Assembly: GCA_963668315.1 (NCBI GenBank)
Contig: OY764216.1
Coordinates: forward strand, 2,976,001-3,040,000
Length of the DNA stretch: 64,000 nt
Source of the DNA: Spirochaetia bacterium
GTDB lineage: Bacteria; Spirochaetota; Spirochaetia; DSM-2461
Reading direction: 5' to 3'
Positions 9,102 to 17,662 of this stretch are shown one piece after another. Position numbers and translations under genes: made by a program. Under the pieces are notes generated by a model, which searched no databases, was not told the DNA's origin, and worked only from the letters and a program-made list of their open reading frames with translations. Within the stretch, counting starts at the first letter, position 1; each line of letters begins with the position of its first letter.

Positions 9102-10250
9102 CTATTCCTCGCCCCGGCCGTAAAGCTCGGTGATCTTTTTCAGATGTTCCATGATGGGAAGACCCTGGGGGCATTGGGATTCGCACTGGCCGCACTCGAC
9201 GCAGTTATAGGCCCGGGCCTCCGGTTTGATGAATTTCGTGGTCCAATACTGACCTTTGTCAAAATCATCGAACATCCCGTCGTGGTTGTAGCCCCAGAAG
9301 AGTTCCGGAATATTCACCCCCGAGGGGCAGGGCATACAGTACTGGCAGTTTGTACAGCCTATGCGGATTCGGCTGCGGTAAAACTCCTTGGCTTCGCCGA
9401 TTATCATCTTCTCCTCTTGCCCGAGCGAACCGGACAGGGCCGTTTCCGCCGTTGCCAGATTGTCCTCAACCTGCTCCATGGTCGACATGCCGCTCAGAAC
9501 AAGGCTGACTTCGGGAAAATCCCAGATATAGCGGAGGGCCCACTGGGCGGGTGAACGCTTCGTCGGCGATTTATCCCAGATACGGGTAAGGTCATCGGGA
9601 ATATCCTCTTTGGCCAGCATCCCGCCTCTCAGGGGTTCCATGATCACAACGCCGATGTTCCTTTGGGCGGCATATTTCATCCCCTCCAGTCCGGCCTGGT
9701 AATTCTCGTCCAGATAGTTCATCTGGATCTGGCAGAAGTCCCAGTCGAAGTCGTCAATGACTTCCTTGAAAAGATCAATCCCGTCATGGAAGGAGAAACC
9801 CATGTAGCGGATTTTCCCTTCATCCCGGGCTTTGAGGAGGAACTTTTTATAATCGACTTTCCGGTAGGTGTCCCATCTGTCCCGGGTCATGGCATGGAGA
9901 AGGTAAAAATCGATATGGTCCGTATCCAGCTTTGCCAGCTGCTCATCAAGAAGCCGTTCCATGTCATCGTAGGTTTTCACTTCCCAGCTGGGGAGCTTCG
10001 TGGCTATGTTGATTTTTTCCCGGTAGCCGTCCTTCATGGCTTTGGCACAGAGCAATTCACTATTCCCGCCGTGATAGGGGTACGCCGTATCCAGGTAATT
10101 CACACCCCGGTCAATGCTGGCGCGAATCATCCGGATCGCTTCTTTTTCGTCAATTTCGCCCTCCGATCCTTCGAGCAGAGGCAAGCGCATCGCGCCGAAA
10201 CCCAGACCACTGACTTTGACACCCGTTTTTCCCATTGTTCTGTAATGCAT
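9102..10250 (-). CDS. Aldo/keto reductase with C-terminal 4Fe-4S domain
   Basis: LGFGAMRLP, DTAYPY, ATKLP, YLLH; CTNCQYCMPCP and CVECGQCESQCP. Confidence 0.92.
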   Translation of the reverse strand: MHYRTMGKTGVKVSGLGFGAMRLPLLEGSEGEIDEKEAIRMIRASIDRGVNYLDTAYPYHGGNSELLCAKAMKDGYREKINIATKLPSWEVKTYDDMERLLDEQLAKLDTDHIDFYLLHAMTRDRWDTYRKVDYKKFLLKARDEGKIRYMGFSFHDGIDLFKEVIDDFDWDFCQIQMNYLDENYQAGLEGMKYAAQRNIGVVIMEPLRGGMLAKEDIPDDLTRIWDKSPTKRSPAQWALRYIWDFPEVSLVLSGMSTMEQVEDNLATAETALSGSLGQEEKMIIGEAKEFYRSRIRIGCTNCQYCMPCPSGVNIPELFWGYNHDGMFDDFDKGQYWTTKFIKPEARAYNCVECGQCESQCPQGLPIMEHLKKITELYGRGEE

Positions 10251-10299
10251 AGGACACTCCTTTTCTTCACTTAATCATGAAAAACAACTTTCCACAAGT

Positions 10300-10330
10300 A
10301 AAAAAGGTCCTGTCCGATGGACAGAACCTT
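10300..10330 (-). terminator. Terminator after ABC substrate-binding gene
   Basis: aaggtcctgtcc-gat-ggacagaacctt hairpin with A tract on + strand. Confidence 0.7.
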
Positions 10331-10374
10331 ATTAATTCCCCTGGATCAAACGGCAGAACGGCCGGTTGGTCTGT

Positions 10375-11358
10375 TTATTCAGTAATCAGTATGTCCGCCT
10401 GATCCCTGACGGAAGAGGGGATATCCATGCCGATCTCTTCGGCCACTTTGAGGTTCAGCAGCATCTCCATGTAATTCGGATCGCTTATGACGGCGGTGGG
10501 CATATCTTCCGGTTTTTCACCCTTGAGGATTCTGTCCATCACGCGGGCCGTTTCCTGCCCGATATAGTACCAGTCAAATCCCCAGGCGATCAGGACCGGG
10601 TTCTCCTTGGCCGAGGAGGTGTCGGCGGAGATAACGGGAACCTTGTGGCGGTTGGCCGTCTCGGTCAGTCCCCCCAGGGCGGAAACAACCGTGTTGTCGT
10701 TGGTCACGTAAAGGGCGTCCACCCGGTCAATCAGGGTCTCCGTGGCCGATTTGACTTCCGCCGAGGAGATAATGGACGTGCCCACGTATTCGATGCCCAG
10801 CTCTTCGCAGGCTTTCTGAACCTGTTTGGCCTGGAACATGGCGTTATCTTCGTTTCCCGTATAAACCTGGCCCAGGGCTTTCACCTCATGGAGGGAGGTG
10901 AGGAACTCAATCTGCTCCTTGAAGGGGTTTTTATAGGAGGTTCCGTTCATTCCGGGATCACCCTTGTCAAGGCTTTCCACAAGACCGGCGGAAACGGGGT
11001 CTGTGATGGCGGAATATACCACCGGCGCGTTGGTTACGGCCATTTTAAGGGCCTGGGCGTTGGGAGTCGCGATGCCCACGACCATATCCATTTTCTTCGA
11101 TTGGAAGAGCGTGGCGATCTGACGGGCTGTGTTCACATCCCCGTTGGAATTCTGGTAGTCGTATTTTACATTTTCATAACCGAGGGATTCCATTTCATCC
11201 ACGATTCCCTGATAGACGGCATCAAGCGCGGGGTGCTGGACAAACTGGGACACTCCGATGGAAAGACCCTTTTCTGCCGAAGATCCGTTTTCACTCTGGC
11301 CGTTCGCCGAAAGAAAAGCGCAGGTCAGTAACAGGGCTGTAAGAAACTTGATTTTCAT
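10375..11358 (-). CDS. ABC transporter substrate-binding protein (ABC_sub_bind type), no permease or ATPase gene adjacent
   Basis: Spirochaete-type signal (FLSANGQSE); QFVQHPALD, IATPNAQ, AITDPV, DNTVVSA motifs. Confidence 0.88.
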   Translation of the reverse strand: MKIKFLTALLLTCAFLSANGQSENGSSAEKGLSIGVSQFVQHPALDAVYQGIVDEMESLGYENVKYDYQNSNGDVNTARQIATLFQSKKMDMVVGIATPNAQALKMAVTNAPVVYSAITDPVSAGLVESLDKGDPGMNGTSYKNPFKEQIEFLTSLHEVKALGQVYTGNEDNAMFQAKQVQKACEELGIEYVGTSIISSAEVKSATETLIDRVDALYVTNDNTVVSALGGLTETANRHKVPVISADTSSAKENPVLIAWGFDWYYIGQETARVMDRILKGEKPEDMPTAVISDPNYMEMLLNLKVAEEIGMDIPSSVRDQADILITE

Positions 11359-11385
11359 ATATTATCCTCCAAATGTATCTTCTCG

Positions 11386-11431
11386 AAGAAACGTTTCTTT
11401 GGATAGTAACGTCGCTTTCACTTCTTGTCAA
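11386..11431 (-). promoter_or_regulatory. Sigma70 promoter of SBP gene with palindromic operator
   Basis: TTGACA-N17-TACTAT on minus strand (11431-11403); perfect palindrome AAGAAACGTTTCTT at 11386-11399. Confidence 0.65.
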
Positions 11432-11448
11432 TAGTTGTTTCGGGAAAA

Positions 11449-11477
11449 TTGACATAATCTTTGTTCCCACCTAGAAT
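11449..11477 (+). promoter_or_regulatory. Sigma70 promoter of larA (leaderless)
   Basis: TTGACA-N17-TAGAAT, ATG follows after 6 nt. Confidence 0.7.
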
Positions 11478-11483
11478 GGGGGC

Positions 11484-12785
11484 ATGATCAAGCATACCCT
11501 TCAATACGGCAGAGATATACAGGAAGGAATCATCCCCGATCAGTGGAGGGGGGATTCCATAGAATGTTCCGGCGGCAAGGCCGGGACGACCCTCGTGGAG
11601 ATGGTCAGGACGGCCATGGCCGAACCCGTTGAATCTCCCCTTCTGCGTGAGATCGTCCATGGCGGAGAGAAGGTATGTATCGTTTTTTCCGACATCACCC
11701 GCTCGTGGCAGCGGACCGACCTTTATCTCCCCGTCATCATCGGGGAACTGGAACAGGGGGGCGTTCTGCCCGGGGACATTACCCTGCTCTGCGCCATGGG
11801 TACGCACAGACCCCACAGCGAAGAGGAGAAGATGCGGCTTCTCGGGCCGCTTTATGGAAAATACACCCTGGTGGAGCACAACTGCGATGACCGGGAGAAT
11901 ATGATTAAAGTGGGAGAAACCACCCGCGGGACGGAGGTGGAACTGAACCGTCTGGCCGTTGAAGCGGACAGGCTGGTTATCACCGGGGGAATCGTCTTTC
12001 ACCTGATGGCCGGCTATGCGGGAGGGCGGAAATCCCTTCTTCCCGGAATCAGCAGCCGCAAAACCATTTCCCAGAATCATTCCCTGAGCCTCCATCCGGA
12101 AAAAGGAAAAGGCTCCCATCCGCTTATCGGCTGTGATAAGCTTACGAACAATCCCCTCCATGAGGATCTGATGGAAGCACTGGAGATGGTGAAACCCGAT
12201 TTTCTCGTCAACATCGTTCCCGGAGTCGACGGACCGGGTGCCGCCGTCGCCGGTCATTACGACAAGGCCCATAAAGAGGGCTGCCGTCTTCTTCGGGAAT
12301 TCTTCCGCATACCCATTCCCGGCACCAGGGAGCTGGTCATCGCCTCGGCGGGCGGATTTCCCGGGGACATCAACTTTTACCAGTCCGTCAAATCTCTGAT
12401 AAATGTCTGTCAGGCGCTGACTCCGGGGGGCACGCTGATTCTCCTGACCCAGTCTCCCGAAGGGCTGGGCAATCCTCTCATGGAAGAGCTCATCACAAAG
12501 TTCAATTCCATTGAGGAACGGGAAGCCTTTCTGAGGGACAACTACACCATAGGGCGCTTCATTGCCTATTACGGATGCGAGCTGGCGTCCCGTTACCGCA
12601 TCATCCTGGTGACTGATATGAAGGAATCTTCCCTCGTCAAGGCCGATATTGAGACATGTGAGACTTTCCAGGACGCCCTGGATCTTGTCCAGAAAGAGAC
12701 GGGGGGAAAGGAACTTTCCTACTGGCTCATACCCGACGGGTCCCATACTTTTCCGGCAATTGACAAAAATCCCGGTTCGGTCTAG
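11484..12785 (+). CDS. larA: Nickel-pincer-dependent lactate racemase family protein (LarA homolog)
   Basis: SDITR, GTHR, FHLMAGYAGGRKSLLPG, NH, FYQSVK motifs. Confidence 0.88.
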   Translation: MIKHTLQYGRDIQEGIIPDQWRGDSIECSGGKAGTTLVEMVRTAMAEPVESPLLREIVHGGEKVCIVFSDITRSWQRTDLYLPVIIGELEQGGVLPGDITLLCAMGTHRPHSEEEKMRLLGPLYGKYTLVEHNCDDRENMIKVGETTRGTEVELNRLAVEADRLVITGGIVFHLMAGYAGGRKSLLPGISSRKTISQNHSLSLHPEKGKGSHPLIGCDKLTNNPLHEDLMEALEMVKPDFLVNIVPGVDGPGAAVAGHYDKAHKEGCRLLREFFRIPIPGTRELVIASAGGFPGDINFYQSVKSLINVCQALTPGGTLILLTQSPEGLGNPLMEELITKFNSIEEREAFLRDNYTIGRFIAYYGCELASRYRIILVTDMKESSLVKADIETCETFQDALDLVQKETGGKELSYWLIPDGSHTFPAIDKNPGSV

Positions 12786-12788
12786 ATT
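12760..12788 (+). promoter_or_regulatory. Sigma70 promoter of leader-tyrS transcript
   Basis: TTGACA (12760-12765)-N17-TAGATT (12783-12788). Confidence 0.75.
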
Positions 12789-12799
12789 TAAGACCTATT

Positions 12800-12871
12800 A
12801 TGAAGATTATCAACGTCAACAGCTATTACTATTATTATTCCTCAACCAACCAGGGGCTGTCGGCACGGTAA
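12800..12871 (+). CDS. Tyrosine-rich leader peptide MKIINVNSYYYYYSSTNQGLSAR
   Basis: ATG..TAA ORF of 23 codons with TAT TAC TAT TAT TAT at 12824-12838, between promoter and attenuator of tyrS. Confidence 0.85.
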   Translation: MKIINVNSYYYYYSSTNQGLSAR

Positions 12872-12918
12872 TCACCGTAAAAAAGAAACAACAGCCCCGT
12901 TTGACGGGGCTTTTTTTT
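12853..12918 (+). terminator. Attenuator: antiterminator and intrinsic terminator upstream of tyrS
   Basis: Terminator AGCCCCGT-TTG-ACGGGGCT running into a T8 tract (12893-12918); GGGGCTGT (12853-12860) is complementary to ACAGCCCC (12891-12898). Confidence 0.85.
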
Positions 12919-12999
12919 GGGATTCCGGAAAACGGGGCCAAAGCGGAGCCGGCAGGCCGTAACGCGGCTTTTCCCTTCGCCAACACAAGGAGTAGAAAC

Positions 13000-14235
13000 A
13001 TGAGAAATGCCTTAGACATCCTCAAAGAACGGGGATTCTTCAAACAGTGTACCGACGAAGAGGGGCTTCGAAAGAAGTTTGACGAAGGTCAGGTCACCTT
13101 CTATGCCGGCTTTGATCCTACCGGACCCTCCCTCCATATCGGCCATCTCGTACCGGTCTACGCCATGGCCCATCTCCAGAAAGCCGGCCATAAGCCCATC
13201 TGCCTCATGGGCGGGGGAACGGCCCGTATCGGCGACCCCTCGGGCAAAACGGAAATGAGAAAGATGATCAGCTATGAGGAAATCGGCCGGAATATCGAAG
13301 GTCAGAAGCCTCAGCTGGCCAAGCTCATAGATTTCGAAGGCTCCGATGCGATTCTGGCCAACAACGCCGACTGGCTGGCCGACCTGAACTACATCGATTT
13401 TCTCCGGGATATCGGCCGCCACTTCTCCGTCAACCGAATGCTCACCTTCGAAGCCTATAAACAGCGCCTGGAAAGGGGACTCTCCTTTATCGAGTTCAAC
13501 TACCAGCTTCTCCAGTCCTACGACTTTCTGGAGCTTAACAGACGGTTCGGCTGTACCCTCCAGATCGGCGGTGACGATCAATGGGGCAACATCGTAGCCG
13601 GTATGGAGCTTATCCGCCGGATGGAAGACGGCGTGGAAAGCTTCGGACTGACCTTTCCCCTTATCGCCCGTTCCGACGGAAAGAAGATGGGCAAGACCGA
13701 GAAGGGCGCCGTTTTCCTGAATCCCGAAATGACGTCGGTTTACGACTTCTACCAGTACTGGCGGAACGTTCCCGATGCAGATGTGGAGAAGTTCTTCCTT
13801 ACCTTTACCTTCCTTCCCGTGGAGGAGTGTAAGGAGCTGGGGGCGGCCAAGGATCAGGCGATCAACGAATCCAAGGAGAGACTGGCCTACGAAGTGACAA
13901 AGCTGCTCCACGGCGAAGAGGAAGCGGAAAAAGCCCGCGCCGCCGCCAAAGCCGCCTTCTCGGGAGGGGCCGGGGGCGATAAGGAGGGCATGCCCTCCTG
14001 CGAGATGTCCGCCGCCGATTTCGAGCAGGGCATCAATGTTCTGGACCTTTTCGCCTCTACCGAACTGTGCGCTTCCAAGAGCGAGGCAAGGCGCCTCGTC
14101 TCCCAGAACGGAGCGGCCGTCAACGGCGAAAAGTTCTCCGATGTGGACGGGCTGATCAATGCGTCCCATGTGCAGGAGGGAGAAATCATCCTGAAAGCCG
14201 GGAAAAAGCGCTTTTTCCGTATTATAGTAAAATAA
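13000..14235 (+). CDS. tyrS: Tyrosine--tRNA ligase
   Basis: GFDPT, HIGH, QIGGDDQWGN, KMGKT, C-terminal S4 domain; ATG 13000 after AAGGAG (the ORF track start at 12649 is too long). Confidence 0.97.
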   Translation: MRNALDILKERGFFKQCTDEEGLRKKFDEGQVTFYAGFDPTGPSLHIGHLVPVYAMAHLQKAGHKPICLMGGGTARIGDPSGKTEMRKMISYEEIGRNIEGQKPQLAKLIDFEGSDAILANNADWLADLNYIDFLRDIGRHFSVNRMLTFEAYKQRLERGLSFIEFNYQLLQSYDFLELNRRFGCTLQIGGDDQWGNIVAGMELIRRMEDGVESFGLTFPLIARSDGKKMGKTEKGAVFLNPEMTSVYDFYQYWRNVPDADVEKFFLTFTFLPVEECKELGAAKDQAINESKERLAYEVTKLLHGEEEAEKARAAAKAAFSGGAGGDKEGMPSCEMSAADFEQGINVLDLFASTELCASKSEARRLVSQNGAAVNGEKFSDVDGLINASHVQEGEIILKAGKKRFFRIIVK

Positions 14236-14286
14236 GAGAGCCGGCAGGGGATTTTCCCCTGCTGACCGTTTTATCGGGAGGATTCC

Positions 14287-16251
14287 ATGGAGAAGTATGT
14301 TTCCATCAGGCCGTTAAGCAAGGAGCTGGAGAATCGTATTTCCAGGAATCCCCTCCTGAATATCGACACCTTCATTATCCCCTCTCCCTATATACAGGAT
14401 AAGGATCTGACCAAGGATTACGATCATAGTTTTGTCTGGATCGAGGAAGGGGAGATCATGGGCTATATCCTGGTCTATTCCCGTCTTAAATCCCGTACAT
14501 ACCATATCTATAAAGTTGTCACCAGCCCCTTCGGCAGGGGGCGCGGGGTGGGAACATTTCTGATCGAGCACCTGGTGAGGCATCTTCCCGAAGAGGCCTA
14601 TCTCTATCTCTACATCTGGCAGAGGCAGCCCGATACGGTGGAATTCTTCGAAAAAAAAGGATTTGTTCAGGGGGAACCCCTGGTCTACCGGAATCTCGTC
14701 TATATCCATCTTTCCGCCCGGAAAGACGACGTGCTTATCGATTCCCGCAAGGGGGAAGGGGAGAGCAGCCGCCCCGCCGAGGAGATCGGCCGGACCCGTC
14801 ACGACGCCCGCAAGACCCTGAGGCTTCTCTCGAGCATGGTGGATATGCTCTCCGTGGATAACGGGAGCCGCATCATCGAGGATATCAACAGGGAGACCAC
14901 CTCCCTCATCAATACGCTGAATTCCTACCGCCACAGCATGGACGTGGTGCATAAGGTCAATATCAAGGACCTGATCACCGAGAGGATCATCCCCTATATC
15001 GAAGCCTCCGAACTCAAGTGCGAATTCCAGCTGATCCTGAAGATCAAGAAGCCCGTCGTTCTCGGCTCCCACGTGTATATAGGAAGGGCCCTGATAAACC
15101 TCATAGCCAACTCTCTCGAAGCCATAGGGGAGGCGGAGAGGAAAGGGCGGATTGTCATAACCCTCGACAAGACGGACGGCAAAGTCCTTTTTATCCTCGA
15201 GGATAACGGCATCGGCATCGCCCCGGAGAAAATGAAGAAGGATCACGAGGGTATACCCGCTTTCGTAGGCCGGACAACCAAGGGGAAACACCGGGGCGAA
15301 GGTCTGGGCACTACCCAGATCTATACCACCTTCGGCCCGGATAATATCTCCGTGGAGAGCGAACAGGGGGTGGGCACCACCTGGAAGATAGAGCTGGACA
15401 AATTCTCCTATGAGCAGGATCGATGGTTTATTCAGATCGAGCGGCGCTATAACGAGTTTGAGATGCTGATGGACGATCTGGTCTTCTCAGGCGAGGAGGA
15501 GAGGCAGAAGGTCATCACCTACATCTGGCAGCTCCGGAAGATGGAAATATTCCTCTTCGACGTGATCTGCCAGTTTAGTAAATATAACAATATCCGCGAT
15601 ATCTACCGCACTTTTCTCTCCTACCGAATGGACAGTCTCGACAGGGAGGGATTCGTGAGAGCTTCCGCCGAATGGAAGAACGACTATCCCGTGCTCAGGG
15701 AATGGATCGTCACCATGGCCGATGAAGTGAAAAAGCGGAGGGACTACCTGAACCATGGGGTGGATGTCAGAAAATTCCGGGGTTCCCTCATCAAGAGCTG
15801 GGGACAGGCCCTGGGGAATGTCATCATCTTCACCCTGAACCCGTCGACGGGGAATTTCCTGGCCACCGACCGAAGGCTGGCGGAGCATCTGGATTTCGCC
15901 CCCCATCTGGGAGGGGATAAGGAGAAGCTTCTCCGCGGCGAGTTCGTGGGCGACATCAACCATCTTTCCCAGCCGCTGTTCCTCGGCGTCTGGGAAGTAC
16001 GGGACGAGGACGATCTGCTCTATAAGCTGCGTCTTATCAGGGAAGGGGCCCGGGTGCTGCTCGAGATGGGGCTCAACCCGGAGAAAAAGCTCGCCTTCTA
16101 TCAGACCACTTATGTCAGGCATTCCCGGGATATCAATGCGGATATGTCCACCACTCTGGGAGCCTTTGCCCGGATTCCCGACGGAGAGCTTCGCATCTAT
16201 GCCCGGGAAACCGAAGACGACCTGCAGGGATTTGTCATGATACAGGACTGA
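14287..16251 (+). CDS. Cytoplasmic GNAT acetyltransferase-histidine kinase fusion with unknown C-terminal domain
   Basis: GNAT motif A RGRGVGT and FFEKKGF; H-box RHDARK; N-box NLIANSLEA; DNGIG; TTK..GEGLG. Confidence 0.75.
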   Translation: MEKYVSIRPLSKELENRISRNPLLNIDTFIIPSPYIQDKDLTKDYDHSFVWIEEGEIMGYILVYSRLKSRTYHIYKVVTSPFGRGRGVGTFLIEHLVRHLPEEAYLYLYIWQRQPDTVEFFEKKGFVQGEPLVYRNLVYIHLSARKDDVLIDSRKGEGESSRPAEEIGRTRHDARKTLRLLSSMVDMLSVDNGSRIIEDINRETTSLINTLNSYRHSMDVVHKVNIKDLITERIIPYIEASELKCEFQLILKIKKPVVLGSHVYIGRALINLIANSLEAIGEAERKGRIVITLDKTDGKVLFILEDNGIGIAPEKMKKDHEGIPAFVGRTTKGKHRGEGLGTTQIYTTFGPDNISVESEQGVGTTWKIELDKFSYEQDRWFIQIERRYNEFEMLMDDLVFSGEEERQKVITYIWQLRKMEIFLFDVICQFSKYNNIRDIYRTFLSYRMDSLDREGFVRASAEWKNDYPVLREWIVTMADEVKKRRDYLNHGVDVRKFRGSLIKSWGQALGNVIIFTLNPSTGNFLATDRRLAEHLDFAPHLGGDKEKLLRGEFVGDINHLSQPLFLGVWEVRDEDDLLYKLRLIREGARVLLEMGLNPEKKLAFYQTTYVRHSRDINADMSTTLGAFARIPDGELRIYARETEDDLQGFVMIQD

Positions 16252-16327
16252 AAAGATAAATCGTATTGACATAATATATAATAAATAGTATATATTTCGG
16301 AAATTATTTAATACCAAGGAATATACT

Positions 16328-16846
16328 TTGAAAAAACGCAATATCCTCTCCTGGTCCTGGATACTGTTTGTTCTCTTTATGGGACTCTCTCTGGTGGATA
16401 TCCGCTTCGGCCTGCTCGGCTTTATCTGCATGATGTCACCCGTCCTTTTCGCCCTTGCGGGCAAAAAAAAGAAACACTGCAGCAGCCTCTGTCCCCGGGC
16501 TTCCCTCCTGAAAAATCTCCTGGGCCGTGTCTCCCTGAAGAATACCCTTCCCAGACCCCTTCGGTCGGATAAATTCCGCTGGGCCCTCTTTGCCTTTATG
16601 ATGGGGATGTTCGCCTTCTCCCTCTCCCGTTCCGGGGGAGAGCTTGATAAGATCGCCTTTGCCATGTTCCGTATGATAGCCGTCAGTTCTGTCATCAGCG
16701 TTTTGATGGGCTTTTTCTACAAGGAAAGAAGCTGGTGTACCGTCTGCCCCATGGGATTTTCCGCCAAACTTATCGGCAACGGCATCGTTCCGTCCCGGGG
16801 AAAAAAGAGAGGGTCCGAGGGGGAAAACCGTAAGAAGGCATCCTGA
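16328..16846 (+). CDS. Membrane 4Fe-4S-binding protein (CxxxCP type)
   Basis: HCSSLCPRAS and RSWCTVCPMG, 4 TM segments; TTG start after AAGGA. Confidence 0.75.
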   Translation: MKKRNILSWSWILFVLFMGLSLVDIRFGLLGFICMMSPVLFALAGKKKKHCSSLCPRASLLKNLLGRVSLKNTLPRPLRSDKFRWALFAFMMGMFAFSLSRSGGELDKIAFAMFRMIAVSSVISVLMGFFYKERSWCTVCPMGFSAKLIGNGIVPSRGKKRGSEGENRKKAS

Positions 16847-16890
16847 TACCCCTCCGGAATATTCAGGCGCCGTCCCCCGATTCCATTCTG

Positions 16891-17661
16891 CTAAAGGGAG
16901 CTGAGAATCTCCCTGAAAACCGCCGCATCCTTGAGAAAATTCTCCCTGTCATCATGGCGGCAGAACTCGAGAAAAGCGTAGGTATCCCCTTTCCTCCCGA
17001 GGAAGGGGCGCAGAAAGGAGATCCATCTGTTCCGGCCTTCTTCGAGCATCCTCCGATCTATGCTGCCGTCCTGCTTGAGAAGCCAGTGGAAAACATGCAC
17101 ATTGGTCACCCGGTCTATGAGAGCTGAGATGCCTTTCAGGTTCTCCCCATCGCTGTTATGGTGGGGCGGCTGCCAATAGAAACGGACGCTTTCCCGGTCA
17201 ATCTCCTTTCCCAGCAGCTGTGCGTTGGCATCGGTATTGGTGAAGGTGTTCATATGGTACTCGTAGGAGAGGGTCATGCCCTCCGCTTCGGCCCTGTCGG
17301 CGCAGCGGCTGATGTCTTCAAGTACTTTGCGGACCAGAGCTTCATCGGCCTTCTCCCTGTCGCAGGGGCCGGCCCATATGCGAATCGTCTCGGCTCCCAG
17401 TGCCCGGGCCGTGGCCGCCACGTCCTCAAAGGGAGGATTCCCTTCCCCCCCGGTGTTGTAATAAGAGCCGTAGCTGTTGATCTTCAGCCCCGCTTCCAGG
17501 GTTTTCTTCCGGACTTCCCGGGCCAGTTCAACTTCGCCGTGTGGAACATGGACGTCCCCGCCCCATTCAACCGCTTCCAGGCCGGCTTCCACGGCCAGGG
17601 AGATAATTTCATCCACCGATTTGTCTCTGAAACTGATGGAACAGAGTCCGCTTACAATCAT
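16891..17661 (-). CDS. Sugar phosphate isomerase/epimerase (xylose-isomerase-like TIM barrel)
   Basis: GLCSISFR, EWGGDVH, SYGSYY, IRIWAG, YEYH, HVFHW, LEF; start ATG 17661 just after upstream stop. Confidence 0.82.
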   Translation of the reverse strand: MIVSGLCSISFRDKSVDEIISLAVEAGLEAVEWGGDVHVPHGEVELAREVRKKTLEAGLKINSYGSYYNTGGEGNPPFEDVAATARALGAETIRIWAGPCDREKADEALVRKVLEDISRCADRAEAEGMTLSYEYHMNTFTNTDANAQLLGKEIDRESVRFYWQPPHHNSDGENLKGISALIDRVTNVHVFHWLLKQDGSIDRRMLEEGRNRWISFLRPFLGRKGDTYAFLEFCRHDDRENFLKDAAVFREILSSL

Positions 17662-17662
17662 C

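Noticed and set aside
12790..12999. T-box riboswitch upstream of tyrS
   Set aside because: Leader before the terminator is only about 100 nt, and I see no GGTGGNACC T-box or Stem I; the leader-peptide model explains the sequence
12649..12999. N-terminal extension of TyrS in the ORF track
   Set aside because: Open frame running through larA, promoter and attenuator; the real start has an RBS at 13000
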